From positions 10,230,001 to 10,294,000 of the forward strand of contig NC_043005.1 of NCBI RefSeq assembly GCF_006345805.1: DNA of 64,000 bases, given 5' to 3'. Numbering within the stretch: the stretch's first letter is position 1; every line of letters starts with the position of its first letter. The notes below the pieces were generated by a model that ran no database searches, had not been told where the DNA came from, and saw only the letters and a list, made by a program, of their open reading frames with translations. The stretch comes from Octopus sinensis (Eukaryota). The position numbers and the translations under genes are program-made. This document shows, piece after piece, positions 24,213 to 37,710 of this stretch.

Positions 24213-27200
24213 ACTTCCAATCTAAAAAATCAAAATTTTAAAATATAAAAATAATACTTTTAAATAATTAAAGTATAAATGAAAAAATATAAGTATATAA
24301 TCCATATATAACCTATATATAATCCATATCGAAATATAGACTAATTACCACGAATTCCCTAAAAAAACCATGATAAACCAAAACTCATAAAAGCATATAA
24401 CGATAAAATCTCCCTTTGCTAAACTCTATAACAAACCTAAAGTAAACCCCGAACCTAAACATTCACACACAAATACACACACGTAAACCACAGACTCACG
24501 ACTTATACACATACCTATACTAACTTATAAACCTCAATATACACCAAAACCCACTCCCTCCCCACACAGACAAATTAACACATACATCCCAAAACCTAAA
24601 TAACAAACCCATATACACATTCACACACAAAACACACACTCACACGCAAAACACTCACACACAAAAGATACATATACTCCCTCACATATACGCCTATACA
24701 TACTCACTAAACTCGACATATACAACAATACTTACACACCCACAAAAAACATTATATACATTTATGAGCTTTAACTCACCTTAGCATCTCTAACAAACAA
24801 CTTGCAGTAACCCAATCCCATTCTCTATGCCTACCTCACTACTACACTATTCCATTCACATTCCAAGCAACGCTAGTCCACCACCCGGTTATTCACGTGG
24901 CAAAACGAACACCACTCAAAAATTATGAATGAAACAATGTAAAAAAATAACCAACACCTAAAATAGACAAAATACCACAAATTACCTAAAAAAACCATGA
25001 TAAACCAAAACTCATAAAAGCATATAACGATAAAATCTCAAGTATATTTGGAGTCTTAAATCACTAAATATTAATTATAGTTTAATATGGGAAATAATTT
25101 GTAAAACTAAATCATATAATATAGGAGCTAATTGTTGTTATTTATGCTCTAATGAGTTTAAAGAAATTTTATTTTATAAGTATGATAATTTACTTAATAC
25201 TGGGGAGGAGCGCAAAATAAAATGTAGACACAAGTTACTTTACTTATATAATAAGTTTCATGATAAATAGCAATAATAGTTCCCTTTTAGGTTATTTTAG
25301 TTTAAATTAGTTTAGATGATATATTTTTGGTTATGTTGTCTAGGATTTAATTATAGTTAGTCTTTATTGATATTTCTTTGTTTTAATTAGTTCATTTTTA
25401 ATGTATATTAATTTAGCAGTTTATGGTACGTTAAAACTTTAATAATTTATATTAGATTTTTTTATTTTTATTTTTATTTTTATTTATTTTATTTTATTAT
25501 GTATTTTTATTTTGCATTTGTTATATGTATTTTGAGGATATATTTATATGTTTTGGGTGTTATTTAGTGGTGTTTTTATTGAGTTTTGTATGTATGTGTG
25601 AATGTTTAAGATCCCTTTTGTTTTTTGTTTTTTATTTGTAGGTTGAATTGACAGATTTTATTTGGGTATTGTCTTTTATAATAAAGTACACACCCATAAC
25701 AATTATAAGTGCCCACTTCATTCGTTGTACATGGGTTTGCATGTGAGCCTCAGCATATGCACCTAACGGCCACTCCAGCCCCACATGGATAAATAAACAC
25801 ATACATCCCCAACCACCATCACAAATGAAACCCACACCCATACAATGACAAAACTCCCCCATACCCTATTTACACCTACATAGTAATCCCAATATATTCT
25901 TCCATACATGGACGCAAGTGCGTGAAGCACATGAACATAATTAGTACGTACAACCCCTAATACACACTAATATATACGTATCAAGCTCGACCTCCACAGT
26001 GATAAGTTTACACACAATCACACCCAGATGGGTGAATTGCACAACCAGTGAATGCTCACACATACGGGCGCGATTACATTGTTGCATATATCGAGCCAAA
26101 ATTGTATGCATATGTACATGTGAGGGGTACACGTAAATGAAGTGAGCGTGTACCCCCTGTATTTATACCCGTGCGTGAATATACACATGGAGACTACCAC
26201 ACAGGTACAAATGTGTTTAGAAATGGGAGCCCCATCACTACACTTAATGTATACTCTCACCCATCCGCACGGATGTGTAAGTGTATCTCCGGTGTATATG
26301 TTGAGGCTTATATGTAGAGTTGTTGAAGGGAACGTCGTTGAAATTATGAATGAATGGGTAGAGTTGGGAATTGTAACCGTGTGGTGGACTAGTGTTGTTT
26401 GGAATTGTGAATGGATTAGGGTGGTAATGAGGTAGGTATTGAGTATGGGTTACTGGAAGTTGTTTGTTAGAGTTGCTAGGGTGAGCTAAAGCTCATAAAT
26501 GTATATAATTGATTTTTCATGATAGTTTTTAAAGAATCCATTCATAATAAATTTTTTTAAGTAGCGTTGGTTTGCTACGTGGAAATAGTTTTTAGTTCCA
26601 TTTATTATATTTCTCCATTCATACTATGAATGACGTTTACTTTCTATGGCGCGTATTCTTTTTTTACATTAGTTATTTCCATGGTAACGTAATTTTGTTT
26701 GGTTTTTAACGGCTAAAAATCTAATTTCATTTCATAATTTGTAACTGAATTGTAAGTATGTATTTGATTTATCCTTATGTCATAATGTTATTTTTGATAT
26801 TCTGGTTAATTACGATGTATTTATTGTTGTTTTCATAAGAGTGTTTATGTATATGAGATTGGTTGTGAGTTTTTAATTGTATAATTAATTTATTTATCTG
26901 TATGAGTGTGGGTGTAAATATTGTTGTATATATCGAGTTTTAGTGAGTATGTATATGCGTATATGTGAGGGAGCATATGTATCTGTTGTGTATGTGTGTT
27001 TTGTGTGTGTGTGTGTTTTGTGTGTGAATGTGTATTGGGTTTGTTATTTAGGATTTGGGATGTATGTGTTAATTTGTCTGTGTGGGGAGGGAGTGGTTTT
27101 TGGTGTATATTGAGGTTTATAAGTTAGTATAGGTTTGTGTATAAGTCTTGGGTCTGTGGTTTACGTGTGGGTTTTTTTTTGTGTGTGAATGTTTAGGTTA

Positions 27201-28073
27201 GGGGGATTGCTATATAAGTTTGTTATAGGGTTTAGCAAAGGGAGATTTTATCGTTATATGCTTTTATGAGTTTTGGTTTATCATGGTTTTTTTTAGGTAA
27301 TTTGTGGTATTTTGTCTATTTTAGGTGTTGGTTATTTTTTTACATTGTTTCATTCATAATTTTGAGTGGTGTTCGTTTTGCCACGTGAATAACCGGGTGG
27401 TGGACTAGCGTTGCTTGGAATGTGAATGGAATAGTGTAGTAGTGAGGTAGGCATAGAGAATGGGATTGGTTACTGCAAGTTGTTTGTTAGAGATGCTAAG
27501 GTGAGTTAAAGCTCATAAATGTATATAATGTTTTTTTGTGGGTGTGTAAGTATTGTTGTATATGTCGAGTTTAGTGAGTATGTATAGGCGTATATGTGAG
27601 GGAGTATATGTATCTTTTGTGTGTGAGTGTTTTGCGTGTGAGTGTGTGTTTTGTGTGTGAATGTGTATATGGGTTGTTATTTAGGTTTTGGGATGTATGT
27701 GTTAATTTGTCTGTGTGGGGAGGGAGTGGTTTTGGTGTATATTGAGGTTTATAAGTTAGTATAGGTATGTGTATAAGTCGTGAGTCTGTGGTTTACGTGT
27801 GGGTTTTTTTTTGTGTGTGAATGTTTAGGTTAGGGGGTTTACTTTATAGTTTGTTATAGAGTTTAGCAAAGGGAGATTTTATCGTTATATGTTTTTAAGA
27901 GTTTTGTTTATCATGTTTTTTTAGGGAATTCGTGGTAATTAGTCTATATTTTCGATATGGATTATATATAGGTTATATATGGATTATATACTTATATTTT
28001 TTTTCATTTATACTTTAATTATTTAAAAGTATTATTTTTATATTTTAAAATTTTGATTTTTTAGATTGGAAGT

Positions 28074-28116
28074 CCACCTGAAGATTGTCGATCAAGACAA
28101 GAAACGATTGTAGTGG
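28074..28116 (+). ncRNA. Minimal type I hammerhead ribozyme motif, intact core
   Basis: ccac-CTGAAGA-ttgtc-gatcaa-gacaa-GAAA-c-gatt-GTA-gtgg. Predicted cleavage after A28112. Confidence 0.78.
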
Positions 28117-28317
28117 CGGTTTTTTTGACTATTTATTAAATTTTATGTATTGATAAGTCTTTCCTTGTTTGTTTTGCAAAATAGTGGTTTTGTCTCAAAT
28201 AATATTTTATAATATTTTACTATAAAATTGGATTTAATCCTAAATCTGATTTTTTTTTCCCTGTAAATTTGGATATATTCCCTAATATTTATTATTATAT
28301 ATATATATATATATATA

Positions 28318-28715
28318 TCTTTATATATAAAAGAGAGGTTATGTGTCTGTCTCCTACGATTTAGATTCCTAACTACTTCCACATTTTGCGGTGCAGTTTA
28401 ACCAAAGCTGGGTATCTTATAGTCGTGATTCATATCGAGCCCTTCTGGGTTTTAGCGCGCGTCTACGATGAGTCTACGATTTTTTAAAATATTTACCATA
28501 AATTTTTTCCATTTTAATGTATTTTTTCGCTATTATATAAGGGAAGTAACTCTCTAAAAATGTCTACGATGAGTCAACGACTTTAAAAAAAATTTACCAT
28601 CATTTTTTTTCCATTTTTAATGCTTTTCTTTTTGCTATTTTTTGGCTATAACTCTAAAACTGCTTATATAGTTATTTCCCTTACAAACCCGAGCAACGCC
28701 GGGCGATACTGCTAG
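28318..28715 (+). mobile_element. Non-autonomous Helitron
   Basis: 5' TC, GC-rich subterminal hairpin cccgagcaacgccggg, 3' CTAG, inserted between A and T. Second copy at 52805. Confidence 0.85.
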
Positions 28716-29388
28716 TATATATATATATATAAGCTTATTTTGAAGTAGGAGAGTTGCAGGCAGAAAGAGAAACACGTTTAAGGGAAAAAAAGGAAGAGAG
28801 AAGAAAAAAGAAAAAGGGAGAAGGAAGAGAAGAGGAACCAAGAAAAAATAAAGAAGTGATAGGAGCTTAGTTAAAAGGTACTGGTAGTTGATAGTTACAA
28901 AGGACAACTCGTATCAAATATAGTTAGACAAGCAAAGTTCATAGAAGAGGCAGAAATGATTAGAAAGCATTTAATAGATATAGAAATTAAATAGGGACAT
29001 AATAGTATTATTTGGAGTAGGTACTAAGATGACAAAAAACCAAACAAAATATTTAAATGTCGGGTACTTGGTCACAGAAAAAAGATGTCGACAAAATCAA
29101 GATGAAGGAAATTCACGGAGATGGAACAAATATAAATGGAGATATGTAAAAAGTATCAAAATAATTTATTCAAGGCCGGCGAAATAATTTTTAAAGGAGT
29201 GATAAAATATATATAAATATGTATGTAATGAGCATCCTGATGGATAAAGTTCATCTCAAAAGATAAAAAAGTTTTTTAAAAGAACACCCACTTATAATGT
29301 TATATAGGTGGAATGTGGAGGTCGAAAGGAAACCACTCAAATACAAGATTAGAAAAATGCGAGAATACGTCTTACATATTCAAAGTTA

Positions 29389-30125
29389 CGAAGGCTGGCT
29401 GAAAAGTTTATAAACTGAGCGAGATACTTTCTTAGATTGTAATCAAATGAGGTTTATTTTTCAGCTTCTTCCATCGGTGCTGCAATGCTTGCACCCCATT
29501 GGTGAAGAAGCTTACATCCTGTTGGTTAAAAAAGTGCTCAACAGCAGATATGTCAACATCATCACTGCAATACAGGCTCCCAGTCAAGTGGGGTTTTTTT
29601 CAATTTAAGGAACAGATGATAATCAGATAGGGCCAAATGAGGAGAATTACGAAGCCACAGTTCAAAGCCACAGTCGCACACAGCAGCTATTGAAACCAAA
29701 GGCTTGTGTGCTGGAGCATTGTTCCTATGAAATAAGACCCCTTTCGTCAGTTTTCCTGGGTGTTTGGTCTTCATAGGCTTTCGTAACTTTTGAAGAGTCA
29801 ATAAACACACTCAATGCCTTTGCATTCTAAAAAAACTGAGGCCATTACCTTTCCGGCAGAAGAAGCGATCTTAGCCTTCTTTGGAGCAGGTGAAGAGGGT
29901 GTTTCCATTGCACGGATTGCCTCTTTGTCTCTGACTCAAACCCAACGTTCATTCTAGGTTAAATAACGATCAAAAAAACTAACTGGATCTGCTTCAGATA
30001 ATGTCAGATTTGCCCATGGTATGATCAGCCTGGTGAGCTTTTGATCAGGTCTCAAAAAATAGCCACCGAACAGAAACGTTCGTCATGTCAAGGCTTTAGC
30101 GAAACCGTTTCAGATTCTTTTCCAG
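29389..30125 (-). mobile_element. Mariner transposase relic (catalytic domain and one TIR)
   Basis: GVLFHRNNAPAH (HDNAPAH) and SPHLALSDYHLF (YSPDLAPSDY). The end reads TA-cgaaggctggctgaaaagtt. Confidence 0.85.
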
Positions 30126-30149
30126 AGGTCTTTGCAGTGGTTAATCTTC

Positions 30150-30400
30150 CTAAAAAGCTGAAAGGTGGCATCATATGCCTTGTCCATAAGGGTGGAAGCA
30201 GAGTAGAAGCTAAAAACTACAGGTTCAATGTTCTGCAAAAAAAAAAATTAAGAAACCTGCACAAAGTGAATATGGATGTTTTCAAAAGTAAATTGGACAT
30301 TCTCCTCTCCACGATACCAGACGAACCTCCGTCCCGATATGAAATACAGGCGAGGGCGGTGTAGTTATACAGCAAATGAGCCAACCACCAGAAAAACAGC
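30150..30400 (+). mobile_element. CR1-like LINE fragment with the RT core deleted
   Basis: IICLVHKGGSRVEAKNYR joined directly to FNVL...VFKSKLDILLSTIPDEPP. Confidence 0.65.
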
Positions 30401-30979
30401 TCATGCAACAGTGGTGACATGAAATCCTACCATGCAGAAGAAATCAATCACATAAGAGAGTTGTAGAAAGGATACAAGGACGCGGTGGTGCTCCAGCATG
30501 ACCGCAGCCGCATAGCTATATACACGTACATGTGTTTGTGTGTGCGTGTGTGTGTGTGTGTGTGTGTGGTTTTGGTGCTGTCGAGTCAACAAATATTCTG
30601 TGCTGGGATTTACTTCGCGCCACATTTTGACTTCATTCCCCCTATTGCTATATCAAATTTTACTTTAAGCGCATTGTTGGGCGTCGTAAGTGAAATTAGA
30701 ACTCTTTTCTTTGGTATACTAAGATGTCATAACAAGTAAGATGTGTCAACTGCCTCAAACATCCCACAAAATCACAATCCAAATGCGATGCCGTTTTAAG
30801 TGTTAACTTAATCTGACAGAAATAATAGTTTAATCTTCCTCAGACAGACTAAAAGAAGAACAGCTGAAACAATGTAGACTTCTAAGTACATCATCTGAAA
30901 CAAATGAATGAGCTGGTCATTGTGGAATGGCAAGGCTGTTGATCAGACTCACCTTGGGCTAAACAACAATTTCAATAAT

Positions 30980-31203
30980 AATCCTTTCTACTGTTGACAC
31001 AAGGCCTAAAATCTTGGAGGGGAAAGCCAGACGATTACATCGACTCAGTGCTCAACTGGTACTTATTATATTGACATAGAAAGGATGAAAGTCAAAGTCA
31101 ACATTGACATCGGCAGAATGCGAACTCAGAACGTAAAGCCAGAAGAAATACCGGTTAAGCATTTTATCCGGCGTGCTAACGGTTCTGCCAGCTCGGCGCC
31201 TTG
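30980..31203 (-). mobile_element. SINE family B
   Basis: Diverged single copy with head and Meta-like domain. Confidence 0.75.
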
Positions 31204-31974
31204 AACAATAGTAGTGATGACAACAACAACAACTGACATAATCTGTTTGATTTTATTAATTAATATTCCTGTAATAAAAGATTTCGAGAGAACGTGATCA
31301 CCTTTCAGATATGCCTAAACCCTCCTAAAATTTCTCATCCTGTATTTCCAAACAACTTTTTAAGATTATTCTCAGTAATTTTGTAATCAACAAGGTAATG
31401 CTATAAAAATATGTGCTTTTTAGAGATCTGCACTTAGAGCTGTCTGTGAATAAATTTCCAAATATTTTTATCGAATATAGCTGAATTAACGAACTCAACG
31501 TCAAGATTATGACTTCAAACATCAGTAGAAATATTTCTAAAGGAAATTGATTACAAGCCCGACAGAATAATTTATTCCAGAAACGCTGCTGCTTTTCCAG
31601 TTAAACTTTCATAATACTGATGAGAAATTTCATTCTAAATGAATAATTTCAGTGTTCACGGAGTTGTACAACGGTCATTGGCTTGCTGAAATACATTAAT
31701 ACATTATAAAATTATTACGCTTCGGTCTACTTTGACTTCCGTTAATATGGCTGCCAAAATGTTACGTTGCAGTAACTTCCTCTGAAATGGCACTAACCTC
31801 TAACATATGTCAATCTATCATATAACTAAATTCCAGATATTGCCTATTTTTAACAATTCTAAATTCTAATATACGATCATAAAATAATAATGATCGAATT
31901 TTTTTCCCTAAATACAAACATCGTCAATTATATGTAGAAGACAGAGATATTCAATTGATTTGTCTTCATATGTA

Positions 31975-31991
31975 CATACATATATACATAT

Positions 31992-32022
<31 letters not shown>

Positions 32023-32113
32023 TACACACATATATATATATTTATATATATATTATAACATATATACATATACATAAATGTACATATATATGTGTGTATG
32101 TATATACATACAT

Positions 32114-32146
<33 letters not shown>

Positions 32147-32279
32147 ATATATATATACACATATATATATACATACATATATATATATATATATAATATA
32201 TATATATATATACATACATATATATATATATATATTATATATATATACATACATACATTATATATATATATATATATAT

Positions 32280-32332
<53 letters not shown>
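31975..32332. repeat. (TA)n/(CA)n compound microsatellite
   Basis: Direct reading; many similar tracts occur across the window. Confidence 0.95.
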
Positions 32333-32337
<5 letters not shown>

Positions 32338-32684
32338 CTAGAGTTTTAGGACATCAACTGGCGTCTTAAAGCTTAAAACATCAAAATTTGAAACTAGAAA
32401 TTTAATCTGTTGCGCAGCCATTTCTGTTGACTGTGTCATACATCTACTGCGGGAAGAGTCAATCAAGGGACACTGAACTTAACCAGAAGACACGAACGAA
32501 GGCATACCACTAACCCTTTCGAGTTGAAATAAAGTACTCAGATCTCCCACAATTTACATCATCATGCTTTGAAAATGACATTTAGATACTTAGATAGGTT
32601 TCGGTCTTATTGGCCCAGGCCATAGCTAACTTAATAGTAATGTACTTATTAATACATTTTTGTATAGTTATTTTTAGGCACAAT

Positions 32685-33090
32685 TGCCCATTCGATTAAA
32701 GAGTTCTTGTTTGCAGCAGTATATCTGGGTGTAGGTGGTTTATCTGGAATTTGTTGGAGATATTCATCCAGGAACTTTTTGAAGGTTATGAAATCTTTTT
32801 CCACGTTTATGTTTTGGAATGATGTTAAAAAGAGCAGGTCCAGTTAAGAAGTAGTTCTGTCTCAGTGTTGTGAGTTGCCAAGAGCATGATTTCTGTAGAG
32901 AACGCATGGCACGGGGACCAAACCTTGGGTGGATTTTAAAAGTGATAGCAGTATCCTTTGGGCCATACTGTCGGAACAATTTCCACATCATATAAATAAT
33001 AAAGCGCTCTCGGTGGCGCTAGAGAGAATACAGTTTGAGATTCGCGAGTCGATTCCAATAATTTAGACCAGACAAGCCATCAATTTTTTG
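32685..33090 (-). mobile_element. CR1-like LINE 3' end
   Basis: LNYWNRLANLKLYSL*RHRERFIIYMMWK...GPALFNIIP...LDEYLQQIPDKPPTP...NS, a typical CR1 ORF2 C-terminus. Confidence 0.8.
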
Positions 33091-33139
33091 CGAAATATGA
33101 TCCTACATATATCATACTTGAAAAGAAAAATGGCATGTT

Positions 33140-33345
33140 GATAGTCAGTCTGTGCTAATTGAGAGGTTGACTAGACATTGACACCAAGAACAGCAACAAC
33201 GACAAATGAGGGTTCAGTAAAATAAAGCAATAATCATGTTCTATGGACACTAATGTGTCTCTTGAGGCCTGCTGGTGCCTTGCAAACCTTTTGGCAAATG
33301 GAAAAATATTGAGGATTCTGTTTGAGTGCTTGTGGATCATTTACT
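33140..33345 (-). mobile_element. RTE-like 3' end remnant
   Basis: ICQKVCKAPAGLKRHISVH resembles the RTE C-terminal finger seen at 7250-7320. Confidence 0.5.
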
Positions 33346-33370
33346 ACGTGACTGTATATATATATATATG

Positions 33371-33923
33371 TCAGGTCGCTTTCGAGTGCTACTGGTAACA
33401 TGTAACCCAGTACAACCTGTTGCATGGTCGGGTTGTCGGCGACTAAACCGGTAGCCCCACCAAGCTTGCTTAGTGAGGAAGGTGTTTATTGGACATCCTG
33501 CCGGATGAAAAACAAAACCCGACAAAGGGCAGAGGAACTCTTGAGAGTCAACGGCCATCCAATAAATGTCTTAAGACTGTATCATGCGCGGGGACATAGA
33601 AATAATCGGACCGAATATCCGAACGCGCGATTAAACCATTGGGAGTGAAGGACTCCTAGCCTTTGTTAGGGCATCCTTCTAGGAGAAGGTAACTCAGGTA
33701 ACTGGGATGACTCCGACATAAAACCTGCGGCTCAGTGGTTACCGATGATGTTGACTTGTTCTTCTTTTCGGATTATGGCTGCTGTTACTTAGTGAGTGGG
33801 ATTGACTCAGTGCACAGCCTTTCCTCACTTTCAAAAAAAATCTTCTTGCACAGGCATTGCACGATAACAACATTGATTAAGCTTCGTGCAATGGCCATAC
33901 TCGATAACGAGGGGGCAGCCACC
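33371..33923 (+). mobile_element. Non-autonomous RTE-related element (5' UTR-like body plus RTE tail)
   Basis: Ends in taagcttcgtgcaatggccatactcgataacgagggggcagcc, essentially identical to 7331-7375. TA-repeat flanks. Confidence 0.6.
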
Positions 33924-34636
33924 ATTATATATATATATTTGAGGTGGTCCTCAAATAGAGTTTGGCAAATTAACTTAGAAGCATTTCTGTGCATCTTTGG
34001 TTACCAGATTGCATGGAAAAAGAGTATCGTAGATCATTCAGTTGGTCACCATGGCATCCATACTCACTTAAACAATTAAATTGATTCCAGATACTCAGCA
34101 CATCCGTGTACGTATCAAAAATATGACTGGTACATATTATGCATTGTAACATTTAGCAAACAAAAAGAATGGCTAACTCAAAACACCACTATACACATTT
34201 CTATAGCTTGTTATTTAAGACAAATGCAAAATACGTTGCATAATACGTGACCTAACACTGTCACATCAATGCAGATTTTGTACATTAAACTTCCTATTAT
34301 CCTTCAATTCACCGCTCATGCATATTTTTCCTTCATCTCACTCTCGACTCTGACTTGTTCTCTTATTCATTCTATTCGTCTTTTCTACTACCTTCTCACA
34401 CTGTTTCTCCTTACACTTCTTGTTCCCGTATGAAGCTCATGTGGTCCTGTGCTCCTGATTAGCAGCAGCCAGTTGTTTTTAACTAAAAATGTTTTTTAGG
34501 AAAAAAAAACAAACAAAAATTGCTGTCTCGAATTAATTTCTTTCTATTTAACGTTCCCTGAAAATGACTATCAGAAACATTTGATTTTCTACACCCACAC
34601 CAGGTTCTATCGAATATATATGTATATATATATTAT

Positions 34637-35042
34637 TACTCTTTACTCTTTTAATTGTTTCGGTCATTTGACTGCGGCCATGCTGGAGCACCGCCTTTAG
34701 TCGAGCAACTCGACCCCGGGACTTATTCTTTGTAAGCCCAGTACTTATTCTCTCGGTCTCTTTTTGCCGAACCGTTAAGTGACGGGGACATAAACACACC
34801 AGCATCGGTTGTCAAGCAATGCTAGGGGGACAGACAGGACACACAAACACGCACACATATATATATATACATATATACGACGGGCTTCTTTCAGTTTCCG
34901 TCTACCAAATCCACTCACAAGGCATTGGTCGGCCCGAGGCTATAGTAGAAGACACTTGCCCAAGGTGCCACGCAGTGGGACTGAACCCGGAACCATGTGG
35001 TTGGTAGGCAAGCTACTTACCACACAGCCACTCCTGCGCCTA
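34637..35042 (-). mobile_element. SINE family A, full length
   Basis: Reverse complement of 8845-9260. Confidence 0.9.
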
Positions 35043-35598
35043 TGTCCTTTCTCGCCCGCCTTGTAGGCTTCTGGTCGACAAATTTTCCCCTCTCTGTCCT
35101 TCCACGATAATCCAGCGTTTGCAAATCTTTTTTCGTCTGGCGTTAACAGCCCTTCTTATCTTGTTCTCCTTGTCCTGTCTCTCACTGTTATATATTTTAT
35201 TTTTCCCTGTTTATATATATTTTTTTTTACTGTTTTTTTGTTTGTATTGTCGTTACCGTCTTGCTTTTTTTTACCCCTCTGCGAAAAGACCTCAGAATTT
35301 TAATTGATTTGCTTTTCGCGGGAAGGAATTTTCTTCGAAGTATACTCTCGCTTTTATCCTTCGAACGTAGTAGATGAAATCTTAGCGACTGAGAGGGGAT
35401 TTTCGTTGTGGCTTATTGTCCTGTATCCTCTCCCTTTTTTTTTTTGCTTGTCTTGTTCCTTGGTTTGTGTCTATGTGTTTCGTCTCTCTATGTTTCGACG
35501 TCTTTTTGGTGTCCTGTACACATATATGCGTGTAATGTACATGTAGAGGTAGTACGTACATATATGTTTATATATATGCATATATTCTATTTTCTTAC

Positions 35599-35629
<31 letters not shown>

Positions 35630-35649
35630 CTATATTATATATATATATA

Positions 35650-35685
<36 letters not shown>

Positions 35686-36137
35686 ACTATATATATATAT
35701 ATATATGGCGGATTGTGAAGATTAGCGGAAGAGCCCAAATGAGCCAAAGTGCTTCTTACATTGATGCTAAGCAGAGTAATCCTGGAAGATCAACGATAAG
35801 GATCACCAAGCTCTATTAAGGGAGTAACTGCGGCGTCCATGGCTGTGTAATCAACTAACGAAAGATTCATCACGACTCATGATCTCAATTCAAATTCATA
35901 ATAATGGAAATGAATGGCGACAGAGTCGTGGTTCTCTGTGAAAACAGCACGACCGAAGAAGTATAGTAATAATAATAGATGCGTAGGTAAGAATCTGCTT
36001 CGCTACTGCGTGATTCTGGTTTCAAACGTAGACCTCAGCAACTTAGTCAAGTGAGTGCCTTCCACTATAGCCTTTTGTGGACCATATATATGAGTATGTA
36101 TGTCTCTGTGTTTGAACCACTGAGCCATGCGTCTCGT

Positions 36138-36400
36138 GAAGGAGTACATGGCTCAGTGGTTAGAGCGTCGAGTTTACGATCGTGAGGTTGTGAGTTCGAA
36201 TCCCGGACCGGGCTGCGTGTTGCTCCAGTTCACTCAGTTGTAGAAGTGAGTTGCGACGTCACAGGTGCCAAGCTGCATCGGCTTTTGCTTTTCCCTGGGA
36301 TAACACTGGTGGCGTGGAGAGGGGAGGCCGGTATGCATGGGTGACTGCTGGTCTTCCATAAAACAACCTTGCCCGGACTTGTGCCTGGGAGGGTAACTAT
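36138..36400 (+). mobile_element. tRNA-derived SINE family D
   Basis: tggctcagtggttagagcg...gagttcgaatccc head. Homologous to 53545-53857 and 45712-45886. Confidence 0.8.
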
Positions 36401-36548
36401 GGTCCCCGCAAGTGTCTCTGTGTTTGAATATATGTGCTAGTAGGCGTGTCAATATTTAAAGCACTTTAAAATCAAGTGTCCCTTCATGTGCTAGCAGTTC
36501 AACAAATAGAGCTTGATCATACATACATACATACATACAAACACACAT

Positions 36549-36643
<95 letters not shown>

Positions 36644-36654
36644 CAGACATGCAA

Positions 36655-36727
<73 letters not shown>

Positions 36728-36800
36728 CAGACATGCAAATAGATATATAGATAGATAGATAGATAGATATAGATAGATAGATAGATAGATATAGATAGAT

Positions 36801-36869
<69 letters not shown>

Positions 36870-36880
36870 CAGACATGCAA

Positions 36881-36945
<65 letters not shown>

Positions 36946-36956
36946 CAGACATGCAA

Positions 36957-37011
<55 letters not shown>

Positions 37012-37040
37012 TAGATAGATAGATAGATAGATAGACAGAT
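36549..37040. repeat. (GATA)n array with higher-order interruptions
   Basis: agacagacatgcaaat recurs four times within the array. Confidence 0.95.
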
Positions 37041-37228
37041 TGGCACATTCGCCTACAGCTTAAGATTATTTCATCTTATTTTGTTAGTGTTACATCTATT
37101 TTTGAAGCAATAACAATCTACATTAATTGTTATTAGCGAACAGAGTAAAGTTTCATTTAGTCTAAACCAACATGGTTGATGACTGTGAAGTTGTCTATTG
37201 CTGTTGTTGCCTTTATTGTCGTAGTTGA

Positions 37229-37292
<64 letters not shown>

Positions 37293-37397
37293 TTCTTTTT
37301 CCTTCTTCGGTTTACTACTTTCGATAATGATAGTTTGTTAATTGAAGCTGACATGCAATGACAAGCTTAGTGAATTACAACAATTCTACTGCAATGG

Positions 37398-37399
37398 TA

Positions 37400-37442
<43 letters not shown>

Positions 37443-37469
37443 TATAATAATTATAATAATAACAATAGC

Positions 37470-37513
<44 letters not shown>

Positions 37514-37523
37514 TAACAATAAC

Positions 37524-37554
<31 letters not shown>

Positions 37555-37710
37555 GTAATAATAATAATAATGAGGAGGAGGAGAGGAGAAGAAGAAGAAG
37601 AAGAAGAAGAAGAAGAAGAAAAAGAAGAGGAAGAAGATAAGGAAGAAGAAGAAGAAGAAGAAGAAGAAGAAGAAGAAGAAGAAGAAGAGAAGAAGAAGAA
37701 GAAGAAGAAG
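37398..37710. repeat. (TAA)n followed by (GAA)n microsatellite
   Basis: Direct reading. Confidence 0.95.

Larger units (their letters stand above)
24078..28295. mobile_element. 4.2-kb foldback element with terminal hammerheads (Penelope-like, non-coding)
   Basis: Arms 24078-25039 and 27242-28209 are reverse complements. ~85-bp extension at 28210-28295. Internal ~630-bp direct repeats. (TA)n flanks. Confidence 0.8.

Noticed and set aside
24300-28000. Strong strand skew suggesting a mitochondrial insertion (NUMT)
   Set aside because: No recognisable mitochondrial gene, tRNA or rRNA; the structure is explained by the hammerhead foldback element.
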